Source of the DNA: Scenedesmus sp. PABB004
Lineage: Eukaryota
Length of the DNA: 64,000 nt
Assembly: GCA_014905635.1 (NCBI GenBank)
Contig: JABVCE010000015.1
Coordinates: 434,001-498,000 of the forward strand
Direction: 5' to 3'
The translations under genes were made by a program, and so were the position numbers. Of this stretch, positions 1 through 12,095 are shown one piece after another (positions within the stretch are counted from its first letter, which is position 1; each line of letters starts with the position of its first letter). The notes below the pieces were generated by a model. That model was given only the letters and a program-made list of their open reading frames with translations. It had not been told where the DNA came from and did not search any database.

Positions 1-180
1 GAAGGCCACGCGCAGGTCGGCGACCGCCCGCTCGCCAGCACGATCGCCGTGCGACGCATGCCCAGACGCTTGATTAACGCGCCCCGCACGCCGGCGATCC
101 GTACAGACGCCCAGACGGCCAGAGGGAGGGGGCGCGATGCGTCCTGCGCCTGCGAGCCCGCTCGAGCTGTGAGCCGCACC

Positions 181-3100
181 ATGCCGCGACCAGCACTTCG
201 GGCGCTGGCTCTCGCGCTGGTGCTGGCGGCAGGAGCGGCGGCCCCGGGCGCGGAGGTGCGGAGTGCCCCGCGCGGCCGGCGCAGCTCGGCAAGCGGCCAG
301 GGCGGCGGACCGGGAGCTCCAGGACGCGGCTAGAGTCGCGATGCGCCGCGGCGCACGGCACCAGCGCCGCGCAGGGCGCCGCCGCGGCCAACCCGCCGCC
401 GCGCCGCGCCGCTGTCGCCGGTGCCGCCGCCGCCGCAGCTGGCGGCCCGCGCCTACCCCGGCTATGCCGTGACGTCCCTTGATCTGCAGCCGGGCGCGGC
501 CAGCACGAGCGCGCTGGCCGCCGCCGTCGCGCGGGCGCGCGCCGCCGCTCCGGGCGCGCCCGGCGTCGTCGCGGTCCTGTCGGGCCGCGCCCTGCTGGTG
601 GACCGCCCCCTGCAGCTGCAGGACGGCGAGAGCCTGGTGCTCGCCACGCCCGCCGCGCTCGCGGCGGCCGCGGCGCCGGCGGCGCCGGGCGCGGCGCCGC
701 CGGGCCCGCGGCTCGCGCCGGGCCAGGCACTGCTGGCGGTCGAGTGCGGGACCTCCAAGGGCGGAGCATTCATCACTGCCAGGTGCGAGCCAGGCGCAGC
801 CGCTGCTGCTGCCGCCCTGAGCCCTGCGGCGGCGCGGCCGGCCGCGCGGCGGCTGCGCCTGGCCGCGGCCGCGCCGCCGGCCAGGCGCAGCCAGCGCCTG
901 CAGCGGCGCCGTGCCGACGCGCGCCGCGCCGCCTCCCCCTCTCCCCGCGCAGCGGCGCCGGCACGCTGGAGCTGCTCGGCCTGTCGGTGCGCGGCTGCGC
1001 GGGCACCGCGGTGGCCGTCGAAGGCGCGAGCCGCGTGGCGCTGCAGGTGCGCGCGCGGCGCGCCCCGCCGGCCCTGCACAGCAGCGTGGGAGCGGCGCTC
1101 GCGCGCGGCCGGCCCGCGCCGGCGCCTGCGCCCCACACCGCCCGCGCGCGCCACACACCGCCGTGGCACGCGCAGGACGTGGAGCTGCTCGGTCACAACC
1201 ACAAGGACGGCGCGGACGCCGGCGGCGCGCTGCTGCTGGAGCGCGTGTCGCGGGTGCGCCCACCGTGCCGCCGGCTTGCGCAAGCCGCGCCCGGCCGCCC
1301 GGTCGCCGCCGGGGCGGCCGCCGAGCCGCGCGGCGCGCCGCGTCCGCGTCCGCGTCCGCGCCGCAGGTGTCCCTGTCGCGCGTTGCCTGCCGCCGCAACG
1401 TCGCCGCGCTTCGGGGCGGCTGCCTGCGCACGCTCTCTGCTGACGAGGTCGACATCGTCGACAGCAGCTTTGCCTTCAACCAGGTGCGTTCAGCCTGGCC
1501 GGCTGTCAGGGCACCGTCGCGCCAGCCGCGGCTGCAGAGCGTTGCTGCTGCCGCCGCCGGCGCCGCCGGCGCGCGCGTGCCTGCCCCGCGCGACGGCGCC
1601 CGCGCGCCCGCCGATTCGCGCCCGCGCCGCAGCAAACCGACGAGGAGGGGGGCAAGTTTGACGGCGGCGGCGCCGCGTACGTGGAGCTGCCGCGGCGCCT
1701 GACCGTGTCGCGCAGCGCGTTTGAGCACAACACCGCGTCCGCGGCCAAGGCGCGCGGCGGCGCGCTCGCGGCGATGCTGAGCGGGCGCGTGGAGCTGGTC
1801 GACTCCGCGTTCACCAACAACAGCGCGATCTGGGAGGTGCGCGCCCCGCGCCGCGTGCTGGCTCGTGCGCGCACCGCGCCCCCGGGCCCCGCTCAAGCCG
1901 CGCCCGCGCGCGCGCGCCGCAGGGCGGCGCGGTGACGGCGGCCGACGTCGAGTCGGTGTCGGTGTCGCGCTGCAACTTCACGGCCAACGGCCTCCTCCCG
2001 GGCGAGGACTTTGACAGCGAGGACGCGGCGCGGACCTTCATCGGCGGCGGCCTCGACCTGTACGGCCCCTTTGCCACGTCCACCAACGGCGTGCGCGCGG
2101 TCGTGGCGGACAGCCGCTTCGTCGGCAACACCGCCGAGGACGGCGCGGGCGTGAACGCCAACCAGTGGGGCCTGCGCTCGGGCGCGCTCGAGGTGGCGCG
2201 CTGCTACTTTGGGAAAAACAAGGTGCGCCGCGCTCACCGCGCGCCGCCTCGTTGCGCCGCGCCGCGCCGCGCCTCGTGCCCCGCTCCTTCTTGCGCCGCG
2301 CCGCGCCGCGCCGCGCCGCTCCTTGTTGCGCCGCGCCGCGCCGGTGCCGACACGCGACCGCCACACCCTCAACCCAACCCGCGCAACCCTGAACCCTCAA
2401 CCCTCAACCCAACCAAACCAAACCCCTTTTCAGGCGCTGTACAACGGCGGGGCGATCAACTACGCGACCTACTACAACGCGACCGTGGTGCTGACCGACA
2501 GCGTGTTTGAGGGCAACAGCTGCGATTACGGGTGCGGGCTCGCCGCGATCGACGACTGCACCGTCACCGTGGACAACTGCACCTTTGCAGACAACGAGGT
2601 GCGCTCGTGTGTGTGGGTGTGCGCGCTTGTGTGGTATGTGGTGTTGGGTGTGTTGGGTGTGTGTGTGGCCGCGGGGCGGGGCCGGTGCTGCGCGCTGAGC
2701 TTCGTGGCGCCCCGCCGACCCCGCCGCGACCCCGCCGCTGCGCCGACCCCGCGCAGGCGTCGTCCGACGGCGGCGGCCTGTACGCCGAGGCGAGCGCCGC
2801 GAGCGCGGCGCGCGTGATGCGCGTCACGCGCAGCGCGTTCACCAACAACGCGGCCGGCGCGTTTGGCGGCGCGCTCTCGGCCAACAACGAGGCCCTGGTC
2901 GTCGAGGACTCGTCGTTCGATGGCAACAAGGCGCGCCGCGGCTGGCTCGGGGGCGGTGGTGCTGGTGCTGGTTTGACGCATGTCTGGGCCGGCCGCGCAA
3001 CGAACAGCGCGGGCGCCGGGGCTGCTGGCTCTCCGCCGCCCGACCGCCGCGCCCGCGTCGCCCGCGCCCGCCCTCGCGTCGCCCGCCGGCCGCGCCCAGG

Positions 3101-6100
3101 CGGAGCAGGACGGCGGCGCAATCTACGCGCTGCTGGGCGAGACCGTGTCGCTCACGCGCGTGCGCCTGTCGCGCAACGCCGCCGTCGGCGACGGCGGCGG
3201 CTTCATCGCCGTCGCGGCTGGCAAGGTCGACCTCACTGACCTGGTGGCAGAGGGCAACCAGGCGCGGCGCGGCGCGGCGCGGCGCGGCGCGGCGCCGCCA
3301 CGCGCCCGCCGCGCCCGGGCCGCGACGCTCGGCGGCTGACGCGGCGCCGCCGCCCACCCGCCTCCCGCGCCGCCGCCCCACAGGCGTTCATCGGCGGCGG
3401 CGCCGCGCTGTTCTCGGTGCCGTCGGTGACGCTGACCGACTCGCGCCTGTCCGCGAACAACGCGTCCCAGTCAGGCGGCGGGCTCGCGCTGCTGAGCTGC
3501 GGCGACGTGTCCGTGCGCAACGGCTCGCTCGAGCGCAACAGCGCGCCGCTCGGCGCCGGGCTCGCGGCCGACCGCTGCGGCCTGGAGCTCTCGGCCGTCA
3601 ATTTCACCGCCAACGCCGCCACGCGCGCCGCCGCCAAGCCCGCGCCGGAGGACGAGGTGCGGCAGCGGGGCCCGCGCACGCGCATGCGCGCGCCAGGGCG
3701 GGGCAGGCCCACACGCGCGCGCCACTCTGCTCCGCGAGCGCCGCCCGACGCCCACCGCCTGACGCCCACCGCCTGACGCCCGCCGCCGCCGCCGCGTCCG
3801 CCGCGTCCGCAGCGCCGGCGCCTGCTGCTCGCCGCGCCCGCGGCGCCGGGGCAGGCGCAGCCTGGCATCATGCAGTTTGGCGCGCTCGTGCACGCGCAGG
3901 GCAGCGCCGGCGCGGGCCTGGTGCAGCGCTCGCGGCTGAACGTCACTGACTGCCGCGTCGAGGACAACTCCGCGCTCTGGGACGCGGGCGGCCTGCTGGT
4001 GCAGCAGCCCGACGCGCTCGGCGTCGCGCGGTCGGCGTTTGAGCGCAACGCCGTCGCCAACGGCGCCGGCGGCGCGCTCGTGCTGCGCGGGCCGAGCGCG
4101 GCCGCCGCTCGGCTCGACGGCGCGCGCTTCGACGCCAACGCCGCGGCGAGCGGCAGCGGCGGCGCGCTGCTGCTCGACGCGAGCCTCGGCGCCCTGGAGC
4201 TCGCGTGCCAGGACTGCACGTTTGACAACAACACCGCCGGCCTGGACGGCGGCGCGGTCGTGGGCTCCGGCGGCGGGACGTCGTTCGCGTGCGCCGACTG
4301 CAGCTCGCGCAACAACACCGCCGCGGCGAGCGGCGGCTGGCTCGCGTGCTCGGGCTGCGGCGCGGCGCGGCTCGAGCGCGGGCGCTGCGCAAACAACACC
4401 GCCGGCGCGGCGGGCGGCTCCGTGAGCTGCGCCGGGTGCGGCGAGTTCACCGACGAGCGCGGCGCGTACGACGGCAACACCGCGGCCGCGGGCGGCGGCG
4501 TCGCGGTGACGTCGGCGGGCGCCGTCGCGCTGCGGGGGTCGCGCTTCGCCGACAACGTCGCCGCGCCCGACGCCGCGAGCGCGGCGGCCGGCGGCGGCGC
4601 GACGCCGCTGCCGCCCGACCTCGCGCTCGTCAACGGCCTGCCCGTGGCGTGGCAGGCGATGTATGGCGTCGGCCGCGCCTCCGCGGCGGCGGGCCGCCTC
4701 GCGTGCGCCGGCGGCGGTGCCGGCGGCGGCGCGTGCGTGTCGGGCGCGGGCTCGGCGGACGTGTCGGACGTCGAGCTGCGCCGCAACGCCGCGTCCATCG
4801 GCGCGGGGCTCTACGGCTCGACCGCGTGCGACGCCGGCGCGCCTGGCAGTGGCGGCGCCGGCGGCAACGCCAGCTGCGCGTGGCGCATGGTCGGCACGTC
4901 CGCGACGGGCAACCACGCCGCCGCGGCCGGCGGCGGGCTCTACACCTCCAGCCCCGACTCGCTGCTCATCGGCGAGAGCGCCGACGCGCTCGACGCTGCC
5001 GCGGCGGGCGCGCCGGAGGAGGTGCAGCTGCAGCGGCAGCGCGTGATGCTGCAGCTCTCGGCCGACAACTCGGTCGCCGAGGGCGGCTACGGCCCGGGCG
5101 TCGCGTCGTACCCGGCGATGGTGTCCCTCATGCGCGACCCAACGCTCACAGAGGCGGCCGAGGCCGCCGCGCCACGCCGCGCGCTCTGGGGCTGGGGCGC
5201 CGTGTCGGCGCTGCTCGGCACGCCGCCGGCGCGGCGCGGGCCGGCCGCTGCGGCGACCGCGGCGGGGTCACCCGTCGCGGCGCCGCGCCAGGCCGGGGGC
5301 CGCCGGCTGCTGCAGGGCGGCAGCTGGAGCTACGACGCGGGCCGCGGCATCGTCGAGACTCTCAGCAAGGAGAGCACGTCGCTTTACACTGAGATGTCAG
5401 AGGCCACCGACGCGACCGCCGGCGCGGGTGCGTCGCACCGCCGGCGCCGCCGCCGCGCCCGGCCGCGCGCCGCACGCGTTGCCTCTCCCCACCTCTCTTG
5501 CGCCCGCCGCGCGCCGCCCTGCTGGCTCCCACCCGTGCCGCGCCGCGCCGCGCCGCCCGCGCCATTCCGCGCAGGCGCGGCGCTCGAGGCGACCTGCCCG
5601 CCGCTCGGCGCGACAGTGCTCGCCGCGTCGTCCATCGGCATCGACCCGAACCAGCCCTTCTCCCTGCCGGTGCACCTGCTGGACGCGTTCCGCGCACAGG
5701 TCTCCGCCGGCCCCGGCAGCGCCTGGGCGGTCGAGCTGGGGCAGCCGCGCCTCGCGGGCGACAGCGCCGGCGCCGGCGCCGGCGCGGCGCCGCCGTCGGC
5801 CTCGGGCGCGCTGCGCGGCGTGCTGGGGAGCGGGACGACGGTGCTGAGCGGCATCAGCGTCGCCGCGCCGCCCGACAGCAGCCTGCTGATGCGGCTCACG
5901 GCGCGCGCGGGGCCGGCGGCCGAGGTGCGGCGCGGCGGGGGCGCCGCCGCGCCCGCGCGGCGCGGCCCCGCGCGGCACGGCGCCCGCCCCTCCCCGCGCA
6001 CGGACGGCGCTCACCGCCGCCGCGCCCCGCCGCACCGCCCGCCTCCTGCGCCCGCCCGCGCGCGCAGCCGCTGTCGGCGCTGCTCCGCGTCGCCGTGCGG

Positions 6101-9100
6101 CCCTGCCTGCCGGGGCAGACCGTCGCGCCGGGCGGCGGCGACAACACGACCTGCTACATGTGCGCCGCGCCGTACTACAGTTTTAGTGCATACCCCGCGG
6201 ACGGCGCAAAGGCCTTCCCCGCCGACACGCGGTCCACCGTCTACGGCGCGGCGCTGCTCAACATCACCGGCGTCGCCGCCGGCGCAGGCGGCGCGGGCAC
6301 GGGCGCGTGCCAGCCCTGCCCGCCGCGCGGCGTGTGCGTCGCGGGCATGGTCGTGCCGTCGCAGGGCTGCTGGCAGGCGCACCCGCGCAGCACGACCATC
6401 CGCGCGTGCCCCCACGCGGCGGCGTGCACGCGCGACGCGGCCGCGGTGGCCAACCTGCAGGGCCTGCAGTGCGCCAACCGGCGCCACGTGTCGCCGGCCG
6501 CCGTTGACCCGCGGCCCTTTGGCGCGCTGCAGTGCGCACAAGGCTACGCGGGGCCATTCTGCGCCTCCTGCTATCGCCCCGGGCGCAACGGCTGGATCTC
6601 GGCGCGCCAGCTCGACGCGCAGCGCGCGACCGCCGGCCGCCAGGCGGCGCAGGGCTTCACCGTCGCCGCCGACGGCGCCGTCCTCACGCGCCTGCCGCCC
6701 GGCTTTGACGTCGCCGCGTCGTTCGGCAGCGCGGCGCAGCGCTGCGTGCGCTGCCCGCACCCGGTCGTTGCGTGGCTGCGCTTCCTGCTCGCGCGCGTCG
6801 TCGACATGCTGTTCGTGGCCCTGCTCGCGCTGCTCTGGATGGGCCTCGGCTGGCTGTACGAGAGCCCTGCCGAGACGATGCTGAAGCGCCTCAAGAAGCA
6901 CAAGCACCACGGCCGCACCTACACCTTCCGCACGACCGTCGGCGTGCCCGGCATGGTCGCGCGCCTGCGCAGCCTCGGCGGGGCCCGCCGCGGCGGCGCC
7001 GCCACCACGGCGGCCGCGGCGGCGGCGGTCGCGGCGGCCGACGGCGTCGCCAAGGCGCCGCCGGCGCCGGCGCCGCGCCGCCGGCTCGGCCTCGGCCTGC
7101 TGCGCCGCCGCGACGCCCCGGCGGCGGGCGCCGCGGGCGGCGCGAGCGCCCCGAGCGACTCGTCGGCGGCGCGCCTGGGCACGATCGAGTCGGACGGCAA
7201 GAGCGACGGCGGCGGGCCCCCTCCTCCAAGCAGGACGTGAGCTCCGCGTCCGCGCTGCTCCCCGACGGCGCGCCCAGCGGCGCGAGCGCGGGCGCGCTCG
7301 CGGTGCCCGGCGGCACGGGCGGCGGCGCCGGCGCGCCCGCGGGCGCGCCGCGCGGCGGCAGCCGGCGCTGGGGCCGCAGCGCGAGCGCCGGCCGGCGCGC
7401 CGCCAAGCTGGCGTCCGCCTCGGCCAAGGTCGCCGACGCGCCGTCGCCGTTTGCGGTCGGGCTGGCGGCGTGGCCGCCGGTCGCGCGCTCCGGCCCCTCC
7501 GCCGCCGGCTCGCTGGCGTCGGGCGCCAGCGGCTCGCAGCAGCGCTACAACGGGGCGTTCCACGATCTCAACCGCAGCCTCAGCCTGCGCTGGTCCTCCG
7601 CGGTCAAGCTCGTCAGCCAGCTCGCCGCGACCTCGGCCGCCGCCAACCGCCGCGCCGGCGCCGGCGCGGCGGCCGGCGGCGCCCCGCGGCGCGGCGCCGC
7701 GGCGCAGCGCCTCGCCGCGCGCAAGGCGGCGCTCCTGCTCATGGCGGTGCGCCACCTGGCGTGCATCGTCCAGGTGCGGCGGCGGCGGCGGCGGGCGGCG
7801 GCGGGGGCAGCGGCGCGCGAGCTGCCGGCGGGCTGCCCGAGCGCCTCTGCCGTGCGCGCCCGACCGCCCCCGCCGCCCGCCACCCGCCCGACCACCCCGC
7901 CGCCCGCCCATCCGCCGCTGCCGTCGCGCGCAGGCCCTGCTGGACGGCGCGCAGATCGCCGCGATCATACTGGCGCAGGACCTCATGTGGCTGCTGCCCG
8001 ACTGGGTCGCGGCGGGGCTCTCCGCCGCGCTGTGGACGCAGGCGACGACGTGGGAGTGGGTGGCGATTGATTGCCTCATTCCTGGCGGCAGCCGCGTCTC
8101 CGGGCCGGCGCTGCAGGCGTGGATCGTGCTCCTGCTGCCGCGTGAGCGCCGGCGCCGCCGCCGCTGGCACCAGCGCGGCGCGAAGCTCGCGGCGCGGCCG
8201 GGGGGCCTGCCGCGTTGGCGCGCCTGCAGCAAACGCCCCGCCCGCGCCGCCGCCGCCGCCGCCACCCGCGGCCGCAGTGCTCTACACCGCGGCGCTGCTG
8301 CCGATCGTGCTGGGCGTCAAGGCCTTTTTCGAAAAGTACATGACGAGCGGCACCGACCTGGGGGCCGACGACGGCGCGGCGAGCGCGTCGTCGGTCGGCC
8401 GCGCCGCGAGCTTCGCGTCGGCGCCGTCCGGCAGCTACTCCCGGCCGCCGGCCGCTGCCCACAAGCCCGGCTACGAGCCGGCGGGCGGCGGCGGCGGGAG
8501 CGCGTCGCGGCGCGCGCTGTCGCCGCCGGCGCTCGCGCAGCAGGAGGCCAGCCTCTCGCGCGCGGCCAGCGGCAAGGACAGCGGCGTGCGCGGCTGGCTG
8601 CGCTCGCTGAGCTCGCTGGGGTCGACGCGCAGCAGCCCCTTTGTCGCGAGCGCCGCCGCGGCGGCGGTGGCAGACGCCGACGCCGAGGCGGCCGGCGGCG
8701 CCGCGCGCGCCGCCGCCGGCAACGGCGCGGCGCCGACCGGCAGCGGCCTGCTGCCCTCGGGGTCGCACCTCGACGACCTGCCGCTGCCGCCGGTCGTGCT
8801 GCCCGCCGACGCGGCGGCGCCGCTGCCTGGCAAGCCGCAGCGCTCCGCCGACAGCACCGCGAGCAGCGCCACCGCCGCGCCGCGCAGCCGGCGCGGCTGG
8901 GTGCGGCGCTTCTGGCCCGAGCGCAGCAGCACCTGGGTGCTGCTCACGTCGCTGGGCGTGGCGAGCATGAGCTACTGCTTTGCCATCTACGCACGCACAG
9001 TGGTCGGCGCGTTCACCTGCATGCGCCTCGCCGCGCCGCCGCACGTGCCCGGCGAGATCGACCTGCGCGGCACCTTCTGGGTGGACGACCTGCAGATGCG

Positions 9101-11161
9101 GGTGCGCGCCGCGCGCACGCGCCGCCGCCTGCGCGCTGCCCGCGTGCCGCCGCCGCCGCCGCCCGCGCGCTCACGCGCCCGCGCGCGCCGCCGCCGCGCG
9201 CGCCGCCGCCTCGCGCGCCGCCGCCGCGCGCGCTCACGCGCCGCCCGCCGCCGCGCGTGCTTCGCGCGCCGCCGCAGTGCTGGCGCGGGCAGCACATCGG
9301 CGTCGTGGTCATGGCCATCTTCATTGGCATGCCCATGCTGCTCGGCTACTGGTGGCTGCTGCTCGTGCTGGCGTGGCCGCGCGAGCGGCGCCGCGCGGCG
9401 GGGCCGGCCGGCGGCCAGCACTACGCCGGCCACGCCGGCCACCACCACCACCACCACCACGCGGGCGAGCACAAGCACGCGCGCCGCGACGCCGTGATCT
9501 ACACGAGCAGCAGCGGCGAGTGGAGCGAGAGCGAGGAGGAGACGGAGCACCACCTCGCGCTGCCGGGCGGCGGCGCCGACTACCGCGCGTGGGCCAAGAC
9601 GCACACGACGTCGATGCCGCCGCTCCGCGCCGGCGAGGCGAGGCCCAAGGTCCGCGCCCTCTCCATGGCCGCGCCCCGCATCGCCGCCATCGGCAGCTTC
9701 TCGGCCAGCAGCCCGCCGGGCGCGGGCGCGCCGCTCGCCTCGGCCGGCTGGGACCACGAGCCGGCGCCGCCGCCGGCGCCGGCGTCGTCGGCGTCGCCCG
9801 CGCCCGGCGCCGGCTGGGAGGCCCCGAGCCCTGGGCACGACGGCCAGCGGCAGCGGCCGGGCCAGCTGCAGCCGATCGGCAGTGGCGAGAGCCTGGGCGG
9901 CGAGCCGCAGCCGTCGCCCGGCAGCGGCGGCGGCAGCAGTGGCAGCCCGCACTGGGGCGCCTCCGGCGCGCCGCTCAGCGGCGCCGGCAGCCTCGGCTGG
10001 GGCGGGCCCAGCGCGCAGCTCAGCTTGCCGCCGCAGTCGAGCGGCTGGCTCAGCAACGGCAGCACGGGCACGCACCCGCCGCCGCCGGCGAGCAGCCTGC
10101 CTCCGCAGTCGAGCGGCTGGCTCAGCGGCGGTAGCGCGGGCACGCACCCGCCGCCGCCGGCGAGCAGCCTGCCGCCGCAGTCGAGCGGCTGGCTCAGCGG
10201 CAGCAGCGCGGGCACGCACCCGCCGCCGCCGGCAAGCAGCCTGCCGCCGCAGTCGAGCGATTGGGTCAGCGGCGGCAGCCCCCAGGGGCCGCCGCCGGCC
10301 GCCGGCGCTGGCTGGGAGGCGCCCCAGGCGTTTGCTCCCGGCGCCGCGTCGCCGCCGCCGCCGTCGCCCCAGCGCGGCGTCGCGTCGCCCAGGGAGGCGC
10401 GCGGCGGGCCGGCCAGGGCGACGCGCAGTGGGCCGCCCAAAGAGACGCGCGGCGACGAGGTGCCCACCGAGCTTCCCCCCGGCGCCGCGCGGCCCGGCGC
10501 GACGCCGCCGCCGCCGCCCGGCAGCGACAGCGGCAGCAGCACGCACGACGACCTCGGCCTGCACTCGCTGCGCCTGCGCGTCACCGCGTGGCTCGGCCGC
10601 GTCGCGACCGCGCTCGGCATCACCTGGCTGATGGCCCGCCTCGAGCGCAACGTGCGCCACACGCAGCTCTACACCGACGCCGTCGGCGTGAGCGGCATGC
10701 GGTGCGCGGGGCTCGCCGTGTGGAACGTGCGCTACCGCTGGTGGTGGCTCCCGGGCAAGGAGCTGGTCAAGTTTGCGGTCATCTTTATCGCGACGTGCAG
10801 CAGCATGCGCCAGCCGCCGCAGGTGCAGGCGCTGCTGGTGCTGATGGCGGTGTTCATGGCCGCCGCGGTGACGTGGCAGCTGCAGGTCGGCCGCACGACG
10901 AGCATGGAGCGCCTGCTCTTCACGCAGGGCGCGTGGCTGCAGCTGCTCGGTGTCATGGTGCTGGTGCTCACGCTGCCCAACCTGCACTACGCCGCGTACG
11001 GCGGCGTGCTGCTCGGCGTCGTCGCCGCGCTCGCGCTGCAGGCCGCGCTCGTGCTCGCGCTGCTCGTGTGGCGCTGCGTGTCGTCGGGGCACGAGCTCTC
11101 CGGGCTCGCGGGCTTTGAGCTCGGCGGCGCGCACCACGGCCACCACCCCACGCTGGCGTGA
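181..11161 (+). CDS. Large membrane protein: signal peptide, polymorphic-membrane-protein (Pmp)-like right-handed beta-helix repeats, Cys-rich stalk, multi-pass TM domain; 17 exons
   Basis: ATG 181 gives MPRPALRALALALVLAAGAAA (signal peptide). 16 introns splice in frame (first 256-438; GC donors at 2931 and 3262). Recurrent FxxNxA..GGA(I/L/V) motifs over ~1200-5100. Cys-rich CQPCP..C..GY.GPFCASC..CVRCP at ~6100-6760. Hydrophobic helices at ~6770-6850, 7940-8320, 8930-9020, 9300-9375 and 10740-11080. Stop at 11161. Needs a 1-nt correction at 7217-7221. Confidence 0.8.
10021..10280 (+). repeat. 72-bp coding tandem repeat, ~3.5 copies (SLPPQSSGWLSGGSAGTHPPPPAS)
   Basis: Units start at 10021, 10093, 10165 and 10237 and are near-identical at DNA level. 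Confidence 0.9.
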
Positions 11162-12095
11162 GCGCGCCAGCGTCCGCGCTCATGAGCGCGGCCGCCCGGC
11201 TGGGCGGGGACCGGGGGGAGGGGGACGGGGGAAGGGGACAACTCATGCACACAGTCTCATCATAAGCTCACACGAAACGCTCATTCCCGCCGCGCGTGCA
11301 CGCGCACACCAACTTTGACAACGGACCGCGACGGGGCGCTGGCACACTTTTCCATGTGGGCTGTTGTGTTGGGGGAGGGCGCCGCGCCGCGCTGTGTGCT
11401 GGGGGCGCGCGCTGCTGCGCACGACCGCGGCCGCCGTGGTCGCGCCTCGGCGGAACGCATGCGCGGGCTAGTGGGCGGCGCGCGCTGGCGGCGCGTGCCG
11501 CCTCGGGTGCAATGCCTGTGCTGGCGGGGAGCATCATTGCCTGTGCTGGCCGCACCCTCTCCAGCGTGCGTGGGGGGCGGCGCGGTGCTCGCGCGTGGCA
11601 CCACGGGCCCATCACCTCCCGTTGTTCTCGCTCGGCTTGCAGGACTGCTCACACTCGCGCGCTCGGGGCCGCCGAACGGGTCACGCGCACGGCCGGCCGG
11701 CCCCGCCGCCAAGAACTGCGGCAGGTGGGAGAATGATGCAGGAGTGCGTGCGGTGTTGCGCGGCCACGCCGCTGCGCCCTGCTGTAAAGCCCCGCTCGCA
11801 CGTCTCGGCAACGCGCTACCGCGCAGCGCGGCGAGGCGGGAGCGCGTCGGGGTGAGCGCGCCGCGCTCACGGGGTAAGCGCGGCGCGCGTCGGCGGCGCA
11901 GCGCGGCGCGGCGAGTGTCAAACCCGCGAGCGCGCCGCCACCGGGCCCCAGGACCGCTCGACGTCCATCCTGCCGCTTGCGGTCCACGCGCAGCATCACC
12001 GCGCGCGTTCGGACGGCCTCCGCCCGCGGCCGATTTCACTGCGAGGGTCATCTCTCGCGCGCGCCTCAGCTCGCACGCTCGATGCAACGTGCTGC

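Noticed and set aside
7217..7240. Programmed ribosomal frameshifting or selenocysteine read-through at TGA 7238
   Set aside because: The continuation is in another frame, and the same one-base-short pattern recurs in unrelated genes, which favours sequencing error.
11162..12095. ORFs in the gene1-gene2 spacer and in 57700-58690
   Set aside because: No coherent splice pattern or domain motif; these are more likely UTR and promoter DNA.
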